DNA of 20,000 bases from an uncultured virus (IMG/VR IMGVR_UViG_3300005461_000343) (IMGVR_UViG_3300005461_000343); one strand, 5' to 3'; numbered from the stretch's first letter, positions 10,101 to 16,385 are shown. Translations and numbers: made by a program. The notes: generated by a model not told the origin, from the letters alone.

Positions 10101-13100
10101 CCAATTGTTGTCACGTGCGTTGTATTTGCCTTCGTTCAAGGCTTCGGCTAAACCTCCCCATCCAACGTACCTTGACATCTTGGCTTGTTGTTCCGGGGTA
10201 GGTTTTCCTTGGCCGTCCTCTACGTCTTTCAGCGTTTCTATCGCCTCAATATTGGCTTTTAACTTGGATATATCACCGGAAGGAAGCTCAATCCCTTTCT
10301 CCGGGAAGCTGAAATTGTTTTGATTTCTTACAACAGGCCGCTTGTCGCTGTCGCTGATAGGTATTCCTCGGCCTCGCTCCGTGTCAAGCACATCACTTCC
10401 ATGCACGCCTCCACGGTCTCCTCCGCGTTCAGATCCTCGATCCTCTTCCCGTGCTTTTCTTCCCACGCCTTGATCCGCTCTTGAATTTCCTTGCTCATTG
10501 TCTTTAATATTATTAGGAGTGAATAAATCGTTACCATACAAAGGTAATGGTTTGTCCTTGTTGTCCGTTCGCTTTTTCCGGCTATTTTTTATTTTTTTCT
10601 CCGCGGCACTCGCTTGTCTGGCAATCTCAGTCTCTTTAACCACGGTCTCAGCGGAATCCATTATATCCGGGACAGGCTTGTCAAAATTAGCTACATCAAA
10701 CGAACGGACATCCTCATAAGTGGTCATATCCTTATCCCATCCGTTATCTCCTACTTCCGGCAAATCCCTCGCTCCATTGTAGAATGCTTTAAGATACGGT
10801 CGTATAGCGTCACCTAGATCATCGATCATAGCCTTTGAGTAATCTGAGAACTTACGCAATCCTTTCTCTATATGATAAACCGCCATTTCAGTACCTATCG
10901 CCAGTATCTCAGGATCAATACCCATATTCATTTGACCGCCTAGTTTCTTGCGCATGCGCTCACGGAGTTCCGCATACCGTTCATCGGTAACAAGGCGGTT
11001 ACCGCTAGGGGTAACGGTACGATCGCTCAATTTGGCTTTGCCCTTATCGTTGATATCACCAATAAGGTTTTCTACATTTACCTTTTGAGGCTCTACGACC
11101 CTGCGTGTGTCTTCAAGAGAAATAGGTTGCGCATCGCTTACGGCATCGGTATCGCCAAGAATGGTATCGGCCAACCGCCTTGCGCTTTCATCGCTACGCA
11201 TCATGAAACCTCGCTGTTCCCTGTCATACCAACCCTTTTCAGCCTTGGCTAGCTCTTTGGCGGCACGTTGCTGTTCCTTCGATAATTCATTACCGAACTT
11301 CAATAGCCACATATCAAGAACTTTTCCTTTCTTGGTAGTATATTGGGAGGAAACAATGCTATAATTATCAGAATCATTATTTTTAGAAATATCGCTTTCC
11401 TCCTGTTTAATTCCCTTATACTCATAGAAGGGCTTTGTTTTGCGAGTCGAGGAATCAATCCATTTCTTGAACCCATCCAACGTGACCCCGGTAATGTTGC
11501 CTAACCCTTGCCAACCCTCCTCATAGTTTGACAAGTAAGCGGACCTAGCGTCTTCTAAGGAAGGGAATCCCATCATAACCTTATGCTCATCGAATGAGCC
11601 ATCAGTATTCACCTGATCCACGACATACACCATGTCACTATTCATATCCGGGCCTAGGAATACGTCTATATGATCACCATCCACACTTTCAGTACCTCGA
11701 ATGTAACCGTAAGTGTTGTTCATGGTAACAGACCACTCTTTTCCATTAGCGTCCTTACCGGAACGGACGGAACCGGCGGGCTGCTCTATGGTGACATCGA
11801 AACCGTTTATCTTTATATGGCCTTTCTTGTAATTGCCGGCCTCTTTTTGCGCCTCTGTTGGATTGGTATCAACCTTTAGCTCCTCTTCGTGCAATCTCTT
11901 AGCCTCAACTATGCGCTCGGCATAGTCCAATGGGGTCTCATTCTCCTTTGGAGAAGGAGCGACAAATGGAACTAGTCCCCTTGATGAGCCTTCTTGTGTA
12001 GCTCCATCCGTGCGATCAATGTCGGGGCCAGCCGATTCTCTTCCCTCAACCTCTCCAGTTCCCCCGGTCTGATCAAGTTGTTCTCTTGGCAGTACCTCGC
12101 CGCCTCCCTTGCGTAAGCCATCGCCTCCGCTTTCGTCATTTCCTTCAATGTTTTCATTTTCTATCGGTTTATTTTGCGCTAAGATAGCGTCTATTTCATT
12201 TTGTTCGTCAATTATGGCCTGTATTTCATCCGCAATTTGCGAATCAAGCTCGCCTCGCTCCTCATCAGTCAATTGTTTCTCCGAGAAATCACGTACCATG
12301 CTTTCCTCATACGCCTCGTATTCTTCCGGGGACATATGATAATTCTCCTCGCACCACTCAGCGTAAGCGTTGTACTCGGCCTGTCTCTCACGCTCAGCGA
12401 TCGCCTCACGATTCCTCTTGACATAATCGATCAAGTCTCCACGTGTACGAGCGGAAGACAAGACCTCTATGATCGCGTCCCTTCCAGCGTTCGTATCGTT
12501 CTCATCGAAGAAGTTCGTACCATTCTCCTTATCGGCAAGCTCCAATATCTCACCCGCCCTCTCTATATTAACACCGCCTTTCTCCGGAGAGGCGAACAAG
12601 CCGAACATCCTCGCTGTCTCATTATTCCCGGCACCCGTCTCTTTCTTGTATGTGTCACGTGTCAATTTGATCGCCCCATTAGCCAGCATCATGGCCGCAA
12701 GCTCCTCTCCGCTCATAGGATCACCCATCACGGAGATCTCCTTCGCTATGACATCACCCGGCTTCTTGCTGGCCTCCTTGATATCATCATCAAGATTAGC
12801 CCAGAAATCAGCCTCGACCTTGATCGCCTCATATTCTTGTCGGGCTTTTATCAATGCGGCCTCGGCCTTATCCTCTTTTCCGATAGGGGCGTCATCGTAT
12901 ACCTCTTGCGCCTTTTCCAAGGCATCGGACGCTTTTTTAAGGCTTTCATCGAAAGATTTTCTCGTCACCTCGATCTTCCTTGGCATCTTATCGCCATATT
13001 TATCATAAAGGAAATCCAAGGTCATATCCGTACCTGACGATACGAAATCAGGCGTACCATCTTCTCGCATGACCATGGAAGGATTCTCTACATTGCTAGG

Positions 13101-15341
13101 TTGTGCTATCTGATCAATGGTTCCTTCCGCCTCAATCTCGCTCGTTGGCTTGGTGATCGCATCTTCCACAGGAGGTGCAGAGGTTATCTCGGCATCAGCA
13201 CTTGCAACACTATCATCCTCTGGCGACACCTCATTAGCTTGTTGAGAATCGTACATGGCATCTTGAAGAGCAAGAATATCCCTCTCCGTAATAGGCATAG
13301 CCGGAACTGATCCCGCCTTCGGCGCTACCTGTCCCGTCTCCTTGTCCAAAGCGGCCGGTTGAGCGATCCAATCACCGTTCTCGTCCTGTTCTTGAAGGAT
13401 AAACGCATTATCCCCGTTCCATATGACCAATCCCGGCTTGGGTAATTGCGTCTTAGGATTATGATTCATGGTCATGTCAAGCTCGGACTGGCGGGTAGCC
13501 AATAATTGATCCTCATAGGTCCGTCTCATATGACCGGCATCTTGCTCTACTATATCGCTCAACCTTTTCACCGAGACCATCCGATCCTGTCCGTTATCGG
13601 AAATAACGGCCTTATCTCCCTCTATACTCCTAACGTACACAGGTCTTTCCACATTTCCCTCGCTAAGCGTAGCCGTGGTAACGATAGACTGACCATCAGG
13701 ATTCGTGGTAACATAAGGAGTAATATTAGTGGCAACGTAAGTTTCAACCTCATTGTCTATTTCCTCGCCTATACGATCCTGCAAACCGGATATCCTGAGA
13801 TAATCAGCGTAGAAATCCTCGGCTAACGGACGGGCATCCGCATTAACCCCATCAAGAAGGCTCATCACTTGGGCCTCGCTAGCTTTATCATCCACATAGC
13901 TTTCTATCGTACTAGCCAAACCCGGAACCATTCCAGATAGGGAAAGCCTTGTCTCTTCCATCTTTTTGCTCGCCGTCCGTATATCGCCCGGATCAGTCAT
14001 ATTTCGACCTTCTTCCTCTGCCTCGGCAAACCTAGACTTAGTTAATTGAGGAGGGGTGTCAATGCCTTGATCTGCTACATTGGAATCGGTGATAGGCTGC
14101 TGAGCCTGTTTGCCTCCTATTTTATCCGCTACGTATTGCGCACCTTTAGCCAACGCTCCGGCCCCAGTAAAATAAGCGCCGCCTCCCATACCATAGACAA
14201 AACTCTGCAATACACCATCGGTCAAATCCCTTTCCGGATCCGCGCCTGTTATCTTATCCGTTATATTCTCCGCTAGCGTGGAAGATACCTCTTCGATACC
14301 TTCATTTACAGGCTCGAAAAACATACCGAATTTTTTATAGAACTCTTGCATCTTACCCATTATGCCACGTTTGATAGCCTCTTGCGCCTTTTCCTTTCCT
14401 AGCGTCTTGAATAAGGTTGACATCCAAGCCTTGGATACGCCAGCGCCCAGCATCTCAGACAAGGATTCTGCCGTACCAGTAAGAATAGCGTTAGATACCT
14501 TTGCGAACTCTCCCATGTTTGGGTTATTCTGATCGAGATCATCATATTTCTGGCTAGCCACTATTGACCCTATACCAGCGAGTCCGGCCGCTGGAGCTCC
14601 GGCCATTGTAGCGGCCATGGCCCCGATTGACATCGGAAGCGACTCTACGCCTTGCAAGGCTATATCACCTATGGCACCCATATAATTCCCTTCTTTCCAA
14701 AGATCGGTGAAATCCTTGCCATTGTATCTGTTTGACCTTGCCCGGGAAAACTCCGCATCAGCCTTGAATCTATCTGAGATATCCTTGAATGCCCCGCCAC
14801 GTGAGATCAATCCTCCAGTTGCGGATTCCAGTCCTTTGGACACCTTATCCAAGACCCCAAAGATACCGGCACCAAGATCGGCACCTCCTGCGTTAAGTTT
14901 CTGTATGGCGTCTCCAGCCCAAGTATTCATTAAAGAAGAATCCTTCTCATACTCCGTAGGAGGTGGAGGAGTCGCGGTCTCAATCTTTCCTTTTTTACGC
15001 AAGGACTCAAAATTGTAATCAGGTGAGTTCGTCCACGGATTAACGTATTCCGATTGATCCTTCATAGGCACGTCAACCTCTTGTCTTAAAGCGATAGGTG
15101 CAGGATTAACGCTTGATTGAGAAACGTAATCTTTCCTCTCTGCGGGCGAATAGCCTAGGGCACTCTCGAATTTGGAGAAATCGCCTATCTCGGAGAAATA
15201 ATCATCTTGTATCAAATAATCATAAACCATTCTCCTCTTTCCAGAGTCTTTCATCTTACCCTCAAAATTAGAGAAATCGCCAAGTCCCGTATATCCTTGG
15301 CTAATCATAGCATCATATAAATGTTTTACATTAGAATCCAT
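1122..15341 (-). CDS. Giant phage polyvalent / DarB-like virion-ejected protein (~4,739 aa)
   Basis: Uninterrupted 14.2-kb ORF with recognisable pyrophosphatase-like, N6-adenine MTase, SF2 helicase, HExxxH peptidase and LPD38-like regions. Start placed at ATG 15341 (MDSNVK), overlapping the upstream stop by 11 nt, rather than 15386. Confidence 0.9.
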   Translation of the reverse strand: MDSNVKHLYDAMISQGYTGLGDFSNFEGKMKDSGKRRMVYDYLIQDDYFSEIGDFSKFESALGYSPAERKDYVSQSSVNPAPIALRQEVDVPMKDQSEYVNPWTNSPDYNFESLRKKGKIETATPPPPTEYEKDSSLMNTWAGDAIQKLNAGGADLGAGIFGVLDKVSKGLESATGGLISRGGAFKDISDRFKADAEFSRARSNRYNGKDFTDLWKEGNYMGAIGDIALQGVESLPMSIGAMAATMAGAPAAGLAGIGSIVASQKYDDLDQNNPNMGEFAKVSNAILTGTAESLSEMLGAGVSKAWMSTLFKTLGKEKAQEAIKRGIMGKMQEFYKKFGMFFEPVNEGIEEVSSTLAENITDKITGADPERDLTDGVLQSFVYGMGGGAYFTGAGALAKGAQYVADKIGGKQAQQPITDSNVADQGIDTPPQLTKSRFAEAEEEGRNMTDPGDIRTASKKMEETRLSLSGMVPGLASTIESYVDDKASEAQVMSLLDGVNADARPLAEDFYADYLRISGLQDRIGEEIDNEVETYVATNITPYVTTNPDGQSIVTTATLSEGNVERPVYVRSIEGDKAVISDNGQDRMVSVKRLSDIVEQDAGHMRRTYEDQLLATRQSELDMTMNHNPKTQLPKPGLVIWNGDNAFILQEQDENGDWIAQPAALDKETGQVAPKAGSVPAMPITERDILALQDAMYDSQQANEVSPEDDSVASADAEITSAPPVEDAITKPTSEIEAEGTIDQIAQPSNVENPSMVMREDGTPDFVSSGTDMTLDFLYDKYGDKMPRKIEVTRKSFDESLKKASDALEKAQEVYDDAPIGKEDKAEAALIKARQEYEAIKVEADFWANLDDDIKEASKKPGDVIAKEISVMGDPMSGEELAAMMLANGAIKLTRDTYKKETGAGNNETARMFGLFASPEKGGVNIERAGEILELADKENGTNFFDENDTNAGRDAIIEVLSSARTRGDLIDYVKRNREAIAERERQAEYNAYAEWCEENYHMSPEEYEAYEESMVRDFSEKQLTDEERGELDSQIADEIQAIIDEQNEIDAILAQNKPIENENIEGNDESGGDGLRKGGGEVLPREQLDQTGGTGEVEGRESAGPDIDRTDGATQEGSSRGLVPFVAPSPKENETPLDYAERIVEAKRLHEEELKVDTNPTEAQKEAGNYKKGHIKINGFDVTIEQPAGSVRSGKDANGKEWSVTMNNTYGYIRGTESVDGDHIDVFLGPDMNSDMVYVVDQVNTDGSFDEHKVMMGFPSLEDARSAYLSNYEEGWQGLGNITGVTLDGFKKWIDSSTRKTKPFYEYKGIKQEESDISKNNDSDNYSIVSSQYTTKKGKVLDMWLLKFGNELSKEQQRAAKELAKAEKGWYDREQRGFMMRSDESARRLADTILGDTDAVSDAQPISLEDTRRVVEPQKVNVENLIGDINDKGKAKLSDRTVTPSGNRLVTDERYAELRERMRKKLGGQMNMGIDPEILAIGTEMAVYHIEKGLRKFSDYSKAMIDDLGDAIRPYLKAFYNGARDLPEVGDNGWDKDMTTYEDVRSFDVANFDKPVPDIMDSAETVVKETEIARQASAAEKKIKNSRKKRTDNKDKPLPLYGNDLFTPNNIKDNEQGNSRADQGVGRKAREEDRGSERGGDRGGVHGSDVLDTERGRGIPISDSDKRPVVRNQNNFSFPEKGIELPSGDISKLKANIEAIETLKDVEDGQGKPTPEQQAKMSRYVGWGGLAEALNEGKYNARDNNWTKDRNWNDKYLRYYEKLKSLLSKEEFDSAVRSTTTSHYTPSEVVESLWGITEKLGFKGGNISEPAMGIGNIIGMMPRSISENSSISGFEIDSLSGRMAKALYPDANIKVQGYEKAFSPNSKDLVITNVPFGKNAPYDKVLDKQFRKKLGSSYNLHNYFILKGLLELKEGGLGVFVTSSATMDGADSKFREYVSGNGYDLVGAIRLPNDAFQKGAGTSVTADIVIFRKRKYGEPSNGIGFATTTQIGEGTYMEDGDKRSKPIMVNEYFSNHPDMMLGDMMTAYDAGSGGLYSGASQTLKAKPGADLSKELFNAIDNLPKNILSGVVETKGPEVVGDSTLKDGTITVQNGNVFVLDGESLKPIKANPTFVHNGKTRKIADAVNDYNDIKKNLYDLIHDEQTKGVDPEPARKRLNKVYDAFVSKYGTLNRNKALDDIFAEDVEHGLPFSLETVRRVPSTTGKSMVWEVSKADGILNKRVSYPFELPTKADNVLDAVNISKSYKGNIDIPYISEITGMDEVNVTNEILEKGIAYRDPVTGNIIDKSEYLSGNVKDKLVEAKAALEDHPEFQKNVDDLEAVQPERIPYGEISYRLGTTWIPSEFINNFADNVLGISYANANFIPEIGEYILDKRAFITDYAKAGQFKTERMDAIDVFKAALNQRKPKVYDEIKYYEDGKQKTRRVVNEQETQAVAEKISDMSDKFVEYIDSKTMFHGRIEDVYNDKYNNYVLKKYDKPVFEHYPNANKNITLRDHQSKAVQRCLSESTLLAHQVGTGKTFTMITSAMEMRRLGIAKKPMIVVQNATLEDFVRDFYKLYPSAKILSPTKEERNADNRTRLFNLIATGDFDAIVVPQSFMAFIPDSEERKKAYIQKRIDDFEEAIDRIEDKALQERLKREAKSMRDSLEGIKKGKNVKGKAKTAETITAKTERILDRRTDNVMTFEQMGVDALFIDEAHNYKKIGFPSKMSNVKGIDTSASQRANSMLLKAQWISENNGGRNVVLATGTPITNTMAEVWTMMNFVAPDILDAYNINSFDEFATTFGTVEPSLEFTATGNFKIAERFKSYTNVPELIKAFRSHTDVVLTEDVKEFKEDKNIPKLKDNKMTNVVVEKNEDLEDIMQTLIKELEDYNKLTGKEKKDKSALPLVVFSKAKQAAIDLRLLNPTFPDNPDSKTNKVVDNVLRLYKESDKDKGTQLIFCDSYQSPSETPKMDLFDVDLSVPQFNLYNDIKEKLIKGGIPSNQIAIVGNYEGERRNALFDKVRNGDVRILIGSTEKMGVGVNVQDRLFALHHIDAPIRPMDFEQRNGRILRQGNLYATWDKPVNIVTYGVKGTLDATAYDRLRIKQNFINQMMKGDISSRVMEEQDDSDPSGMTFSEMAATLSGDKTAQLLFVAQNKLKKLQNSKRSDLNSKSSMRGSISNSKLRIQEYNSRKDIMERNANIVKENFPDGVESVTVKGNTFSDGISNELTPIIDDYYDRYTLDRNTPPLKISLNGGKGEAIVHFNEGMMVYSLYLGKEKLVENRDFSGGRGLMASIDRQLGIPAKSVSDIATKIKAEENKIAGLEEAVKKPWGKEDELNAAQAEVNDLQRQLVEKAKAEDIQLESTLDVDGTLVKEEGETRFRFMGVDTTNNQDNVSSIESSINDWSNKFNIPVRVIHDVDDITDTDENMLARKRDSKGWYDTSTGEIVIVSPNSTSVGDAQRTFLHEVVGHHGLRELFGDDFDTFLDNVYRNANEDIRKNIIDRTKGNPLNLREATEEYLAELAERGFDNKAERSLWEKIKDAFLDMLRKAGISLDFKLSDNDLRYILWRSYKNLEQGNLMDVAEDIVMRNRLSLNNINLNENGSIARDIEPEKGKQPSETKGTGRELETIDGVDENGNESERDHIDKPRGVENAIDGTENAIDRNGREIDGKVDNDGDQLDGGDTGDRSGSVRDGIGGDRTVIGRAESENKGRGVGESVREKTDDFAFAEKTIRFRENARNESVLFADNDIQVVEKQVGSAKDQYERTLSTSSYQFQEAFQDSMLGLKTLQDAVAKATRSRLLDYENAYMAENALSSVNEAEFNAYRKAAFEPILKAMSRLEKMGSTIDEIRDYLITKHGIERNREMAVKRALSQNSETYKSLLDEYIGRRNEIRENGRSWEEQQSEMDRLAEEYGANLSDDFSGFTSMYPNENNTGYDLDSARRYVLDYESRYDTSELSASVKRATDAILAKQRDSGLMSQNTFESISDMYQFYVPLRGWEETTADEVYAYLTSESQTFNAPIKTVVGRKSKADDPIATIANMAESGIMQGNRNLMKQKFLTMVQNHKTDLVSVSEMWVRLDEASGEWIAVFPDIPSNANPEQVESIVESFNKRMEELSNEKGSNVRRSRDAIGIPYKILPKDLKEHQVIVKRAGKEYVLTINGNPRAAQALNGLTNPDNTKGWFGTVERYAGWLNRNLAANFTTRNPNFMVSNFLRDALYSNTTVWVKESPVYAWKFNKNFAKVNPINMYRLVKGYENGTLDMIDPLNKAYHDFVMRGGETGYTNLRDVEAKKKAIQKELQYSKQKVSIGKALKILGEWMDLFNKSVENCARFAAFLTSREMGRSMDKSIYDAKEISVNFNKKGAGSKLLNTEGQTKIGNASAFTSGLSRSMYVFWNAGVQGMYNFGRLAKDNPKKFLGLASSFYLLGTIMPMIAAAFGDDEDDDYYDLPEYVRRNNICFRNGGGNWITIPMPIELRAIYGLGEMSSGIVSGKEKYTDKKMAMKIAEQMSQVLPLDMMEGGGGFSAFVPSSVKPLIEAGDNKDWTGLPLYKDNDFNKGMPEWTKAFKSVDPAILAMTKYANELTGGDKYTTGTVNLNPAIIEHILDGYFGGIEATRSQMVKSAETAWGSRDFDWRNIPVGNRLIKSGDERTKKKAIDNAYYENLEEMDKIGQRLRGYRKELSNPQNDSFDIAEYQKKLNDLMMSDEYRGYVEFNNLNKLYQSMGEYLKKVDDERLEMELYDLKAMMNEIANGE
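1450..2060 (-). other. LPD38-like C-terminal domain
   Basis: YYDLPEYVRRNN...WITIPMPIEL...PSSVKPLIEA..NKDWTGLPL...NPAIIEHILDGYFGG; pattern recalled for the C-termini of large polyvalent phage proteins. Confidence 0.6.
4232..4585 (-). CDS. Nested gene C (+1 frame of giant gene), 117-aa coiled-coil protein
   Basis: Long heptad pattern ending DVQNLKTRVEALEKA; no Cys, Trp, Pro, Phe, Tyr or His; upstream AACAATATAAATTTGAACGAAA-ATG (A at -3, -6, -12, -13). Confidence 0.72.
   Translation of the reverse strand: MDQSQEILNLKKENNLLKQKVLEGNSRQSMALMRTETKVNETISTNQGELKTLLTELKTQLTEMEGRLMEKLTTMETNLTEEIQAIGAEVSGMESAVIGLSSDVQNLKTRVEALEKA
4395..4436 (-). repeat. 21-nt tandem duplication (one heptad) inside nested gene C
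   Basis: GAAAACGCTATTGACGGAACT / GAAAACGCAATTGACCGAAAT, 18/21 identical. Confidence 0.8.
4593..4600 (-). promoter_or_regulatory. Putative internal promoter -7 box (TAAATTTG) for nested gene C
   Basis: Exact TAnnTTTG match only 7 nt before ATG 4585, which would give a near-leaderless mRNA; no -33 box seen. Confidence 0.3.
4690..5200 (-). other. Zincin-like metallopeptidase (MPTase of polyvalent proteins) domain
   Basis: KGWYD...TFLHEVVGHHGLR (HEVVGH at 4980-4997)...ATEEYLAELAE. Boundaries approximate. Confidence 0.7.
5900..7870 (-). other. SF2 (SNF2/DarB-type) helicase domain of the giant protein
   Basis: LRDHQ, Walker A HQVGTGKT (7779-7802), Walker B DEAH (7245-7256), ATGTP, GVGVNVQ, motif VI EQRNGRILRQGN. 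Boundaries approximate. Confidence 0.9.
9150..10270 (-). other. DarB-like N6-adenine DNA methyltransferase domain of the giant protein
   Basis: ANIEAI...YVGWGG lead-in, HYTP, SAM-binding EPAMGIGN (9891-9914), FEID, catalytic motif IV NVPF (9711-9722), RLPNDAF. Boundaries approximate. Confidence 0.85.
10328..10498 (-). CDS. Nested gene B (+1 frame of giant gene), 56-aa acidic helical protein
   Basis: MSKEIQERIKAWEEKHGKRIEDLNAEETVEACMEVMCLTRSEAEEYLSATATSGLL; upstream CCTAATAATATTAAAGACA-ATG (A at -3, -6, -12, -13); exact TACCTTTG box 40 nt upstream. Confidence 0.7.
   Translation of the reverse strand: MSKEIQERIKAWEEKHGKRIEDLNAEETVEACMEVMCLTRSEAEEYLSATATSGLL
10539..10546 (-). promoter_or_regulatory. 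Putative internal promoter -7 box (TACCTTTG) for nested gene B
   Basis: Exact TAnnTTTG match. No TTTG -33 box; a GGACAA-CAA-GGACAA direct repeat lies upstream instead. Confidence 0.45.
11430..11870 (-). other. Inorganic pyrophosphatase-like (InPase) domain of the giant protein
   Basis: PTEAQKEAGNYKKGH...TYGYIRGTESVDGDHIDVFLG...VVDQ...FDEHKVMMGF; YG and DGDxxD resemble family I PPase motifs. Boundaries approximate. Confidence 0.8.
11972..12157 (-). CDS. Nested gene A (+1 frame of giant gene), 61-aa charged helical protein
   Basis: MKTLKEMTKAEAMAYAREAARYCQENNLIRPGELERLREENR...; upstream CAAAATAAACCGATAGAAA-ATG (A at -3, -11 to -13); the host frame here is a G/E/R/D low-complexity linker. Confidence 0.6.
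   Translation of the reverse strand: MKTLKEMTKAEAMAYAREAARYCQENNLIRPGELERLREENRLAPTLIARMELHKKAHQGD
12179..12186 (-). promoter_or_regulatory. Putative internal promoter -7 box (TATCTTAG) for nested gene A
   Basis: One mismatch to TAnnTTTG, 21 nt upstream of ATG 12157; ATTG lies 22 nt further upstream. Confidence 0.35.
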
Positions 15342-16380
15342 GAATCCAACTGTATTTTTCGTTTGTATTTTCTGTTCCTCCTTCATCGTTTAAAGGGATA
15401 TGCCTGCCCTTACTAGAAGAACCTCCCGATCCGATCACCCTATCAAACTCATCGTATAATTCCGGGAAATTCTGAATATTACTCATGACAATAGCGGCTT
15501 GTTTGGTCTTTTGGTCTCCACCTTCACCAAGCTGCCACGTTACATCCGATACGCTCTTGTTTTTATCTTTATTTTCCTCCGCATACTCCAACATCCTCTT
15601 ATACATATAAGCGATAACCCCATCTTTATCCTTACCGGACAAAGTGAAACGTTTACCGTTTCTGCCGATGATGTCAATAGACTTATCCGCCCCAGATCCA
15701 TTAGCTTTAGCGGTACGATATTGCTCAAGACTACGGAGATTGGATTGCCTTATACCCAACTCTCTCTCTTTATATGCGGCATCCTGTTTCATCTTCCGCT
15801 CCTCCCTGTCATTCTTTATTGCGAATTGAGCGGCACTTTGCGCTATCTTGGCTTTTGCCAAATCATTCTGGGCTTTTCTAGCTTGATCCTGTCTATACAG
15901 AGATAACGCCCTTTGATAATTATTCATATCGTTTTGCCTTGCGGCCAGATATCCGGCCCCATATCTTTGCCTGATAGCCTCCAACCTGTCAGAATAAGAT
16001 TGTAGTTTAGGATCAGCTACGGTAGGTAGTTTCTGCGAAGGTGCCTCTCCCGCAAATGCCAAATTGGAGAAGGAAGACAACACATTGCCTAGATGCCCGA
16101 TTCCAGTAGCTACGGAAGCGGCCCTTTTTCTCCTCTCCTCCTCCTCTTGGCTTATCGGCTTTTGAAAAAGCGTCTCATATAACCTTTGGTTCCATTGGTA
16201 ATCGTTCATTTGAGGCTCGACAACGCTCGCTTGCGGAGTGGTCTCATCCGTATTATCCACGGTTGGAGCTATAGGGTTCTGGCTTCCGGCAACCTCTGGC
16301 TCAACCAATGGCGTAGTGGACAATTCCGGCCTTTGAACGACCGGGGTCCTTTTCCTATTATATCTTTCTTCTAATGTCAT
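15331..16380 (-). CDS. Putative phage internal virion/ejection protein, 349 aa
   Basis: Pro-rich N-terminus, amphipathic AASVATGIGHLGNVLSSFSNLAFAG segment and Q/A/R/K-rich coiled region; sits between the 181-aa gene (5-nt gap) and the giant gene (overlap). Confidence 0.75.
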   Translation of the reverse strand: MTLEERYNRKRTPVVQRPELSTTPLVEPEVAGSQNPIAPTVDNTDETTPQASVVEPQMNDYQWNQRLYETLFQKPISQEEEERRKRAASVATGIGHLGNVLSSFSNLAFAGEAPSQKLPTVADPKLQSYSDRLEAIRQRYGAGYLAARQNDMNNYQRALSLYRQDQARKAQNDLAKAKIAQSAAQFAIKNDREERKMKQDAAYKERELGIRQSNLRSLEQYRTAKANGSGADKSIDIIGRNGKRFTLSGKDKDGVIAYMYKRMLEYAEENKDKNKSVSDVTWQLGEGGDQKTKQAAIVMSNIQNFPELYDEFDRVIGSGGSSSKGRHIPLNDEGGTENTNEKYSWIHGF

Positions 16381-16385
16381 GGTTG

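Noticed and set aside
10499..10537. Longer 69-aa version of nested gene B (MVTIYSLL...)
   Set aside because: Its ATG lies 1 nt from the -7 box, probably upstream of the transcript start; ATG 10498 has the better context.
1316..15270. Other minus-strand TAnnTTTG matches (1316, 10682, 14027, 15263)
   Set aside because: I saw no credible nested ORF after them. They show the 8-mer has a background rate, so the boxes before A-C are supportive rather than proof.
15342..15386. ORF-track start of the giant gene at 15386
   Set aside because: It would overlap the upstream gene by 56 nt; ATG 15341 gives a short coupled overlap just before the N-terminal repeat.
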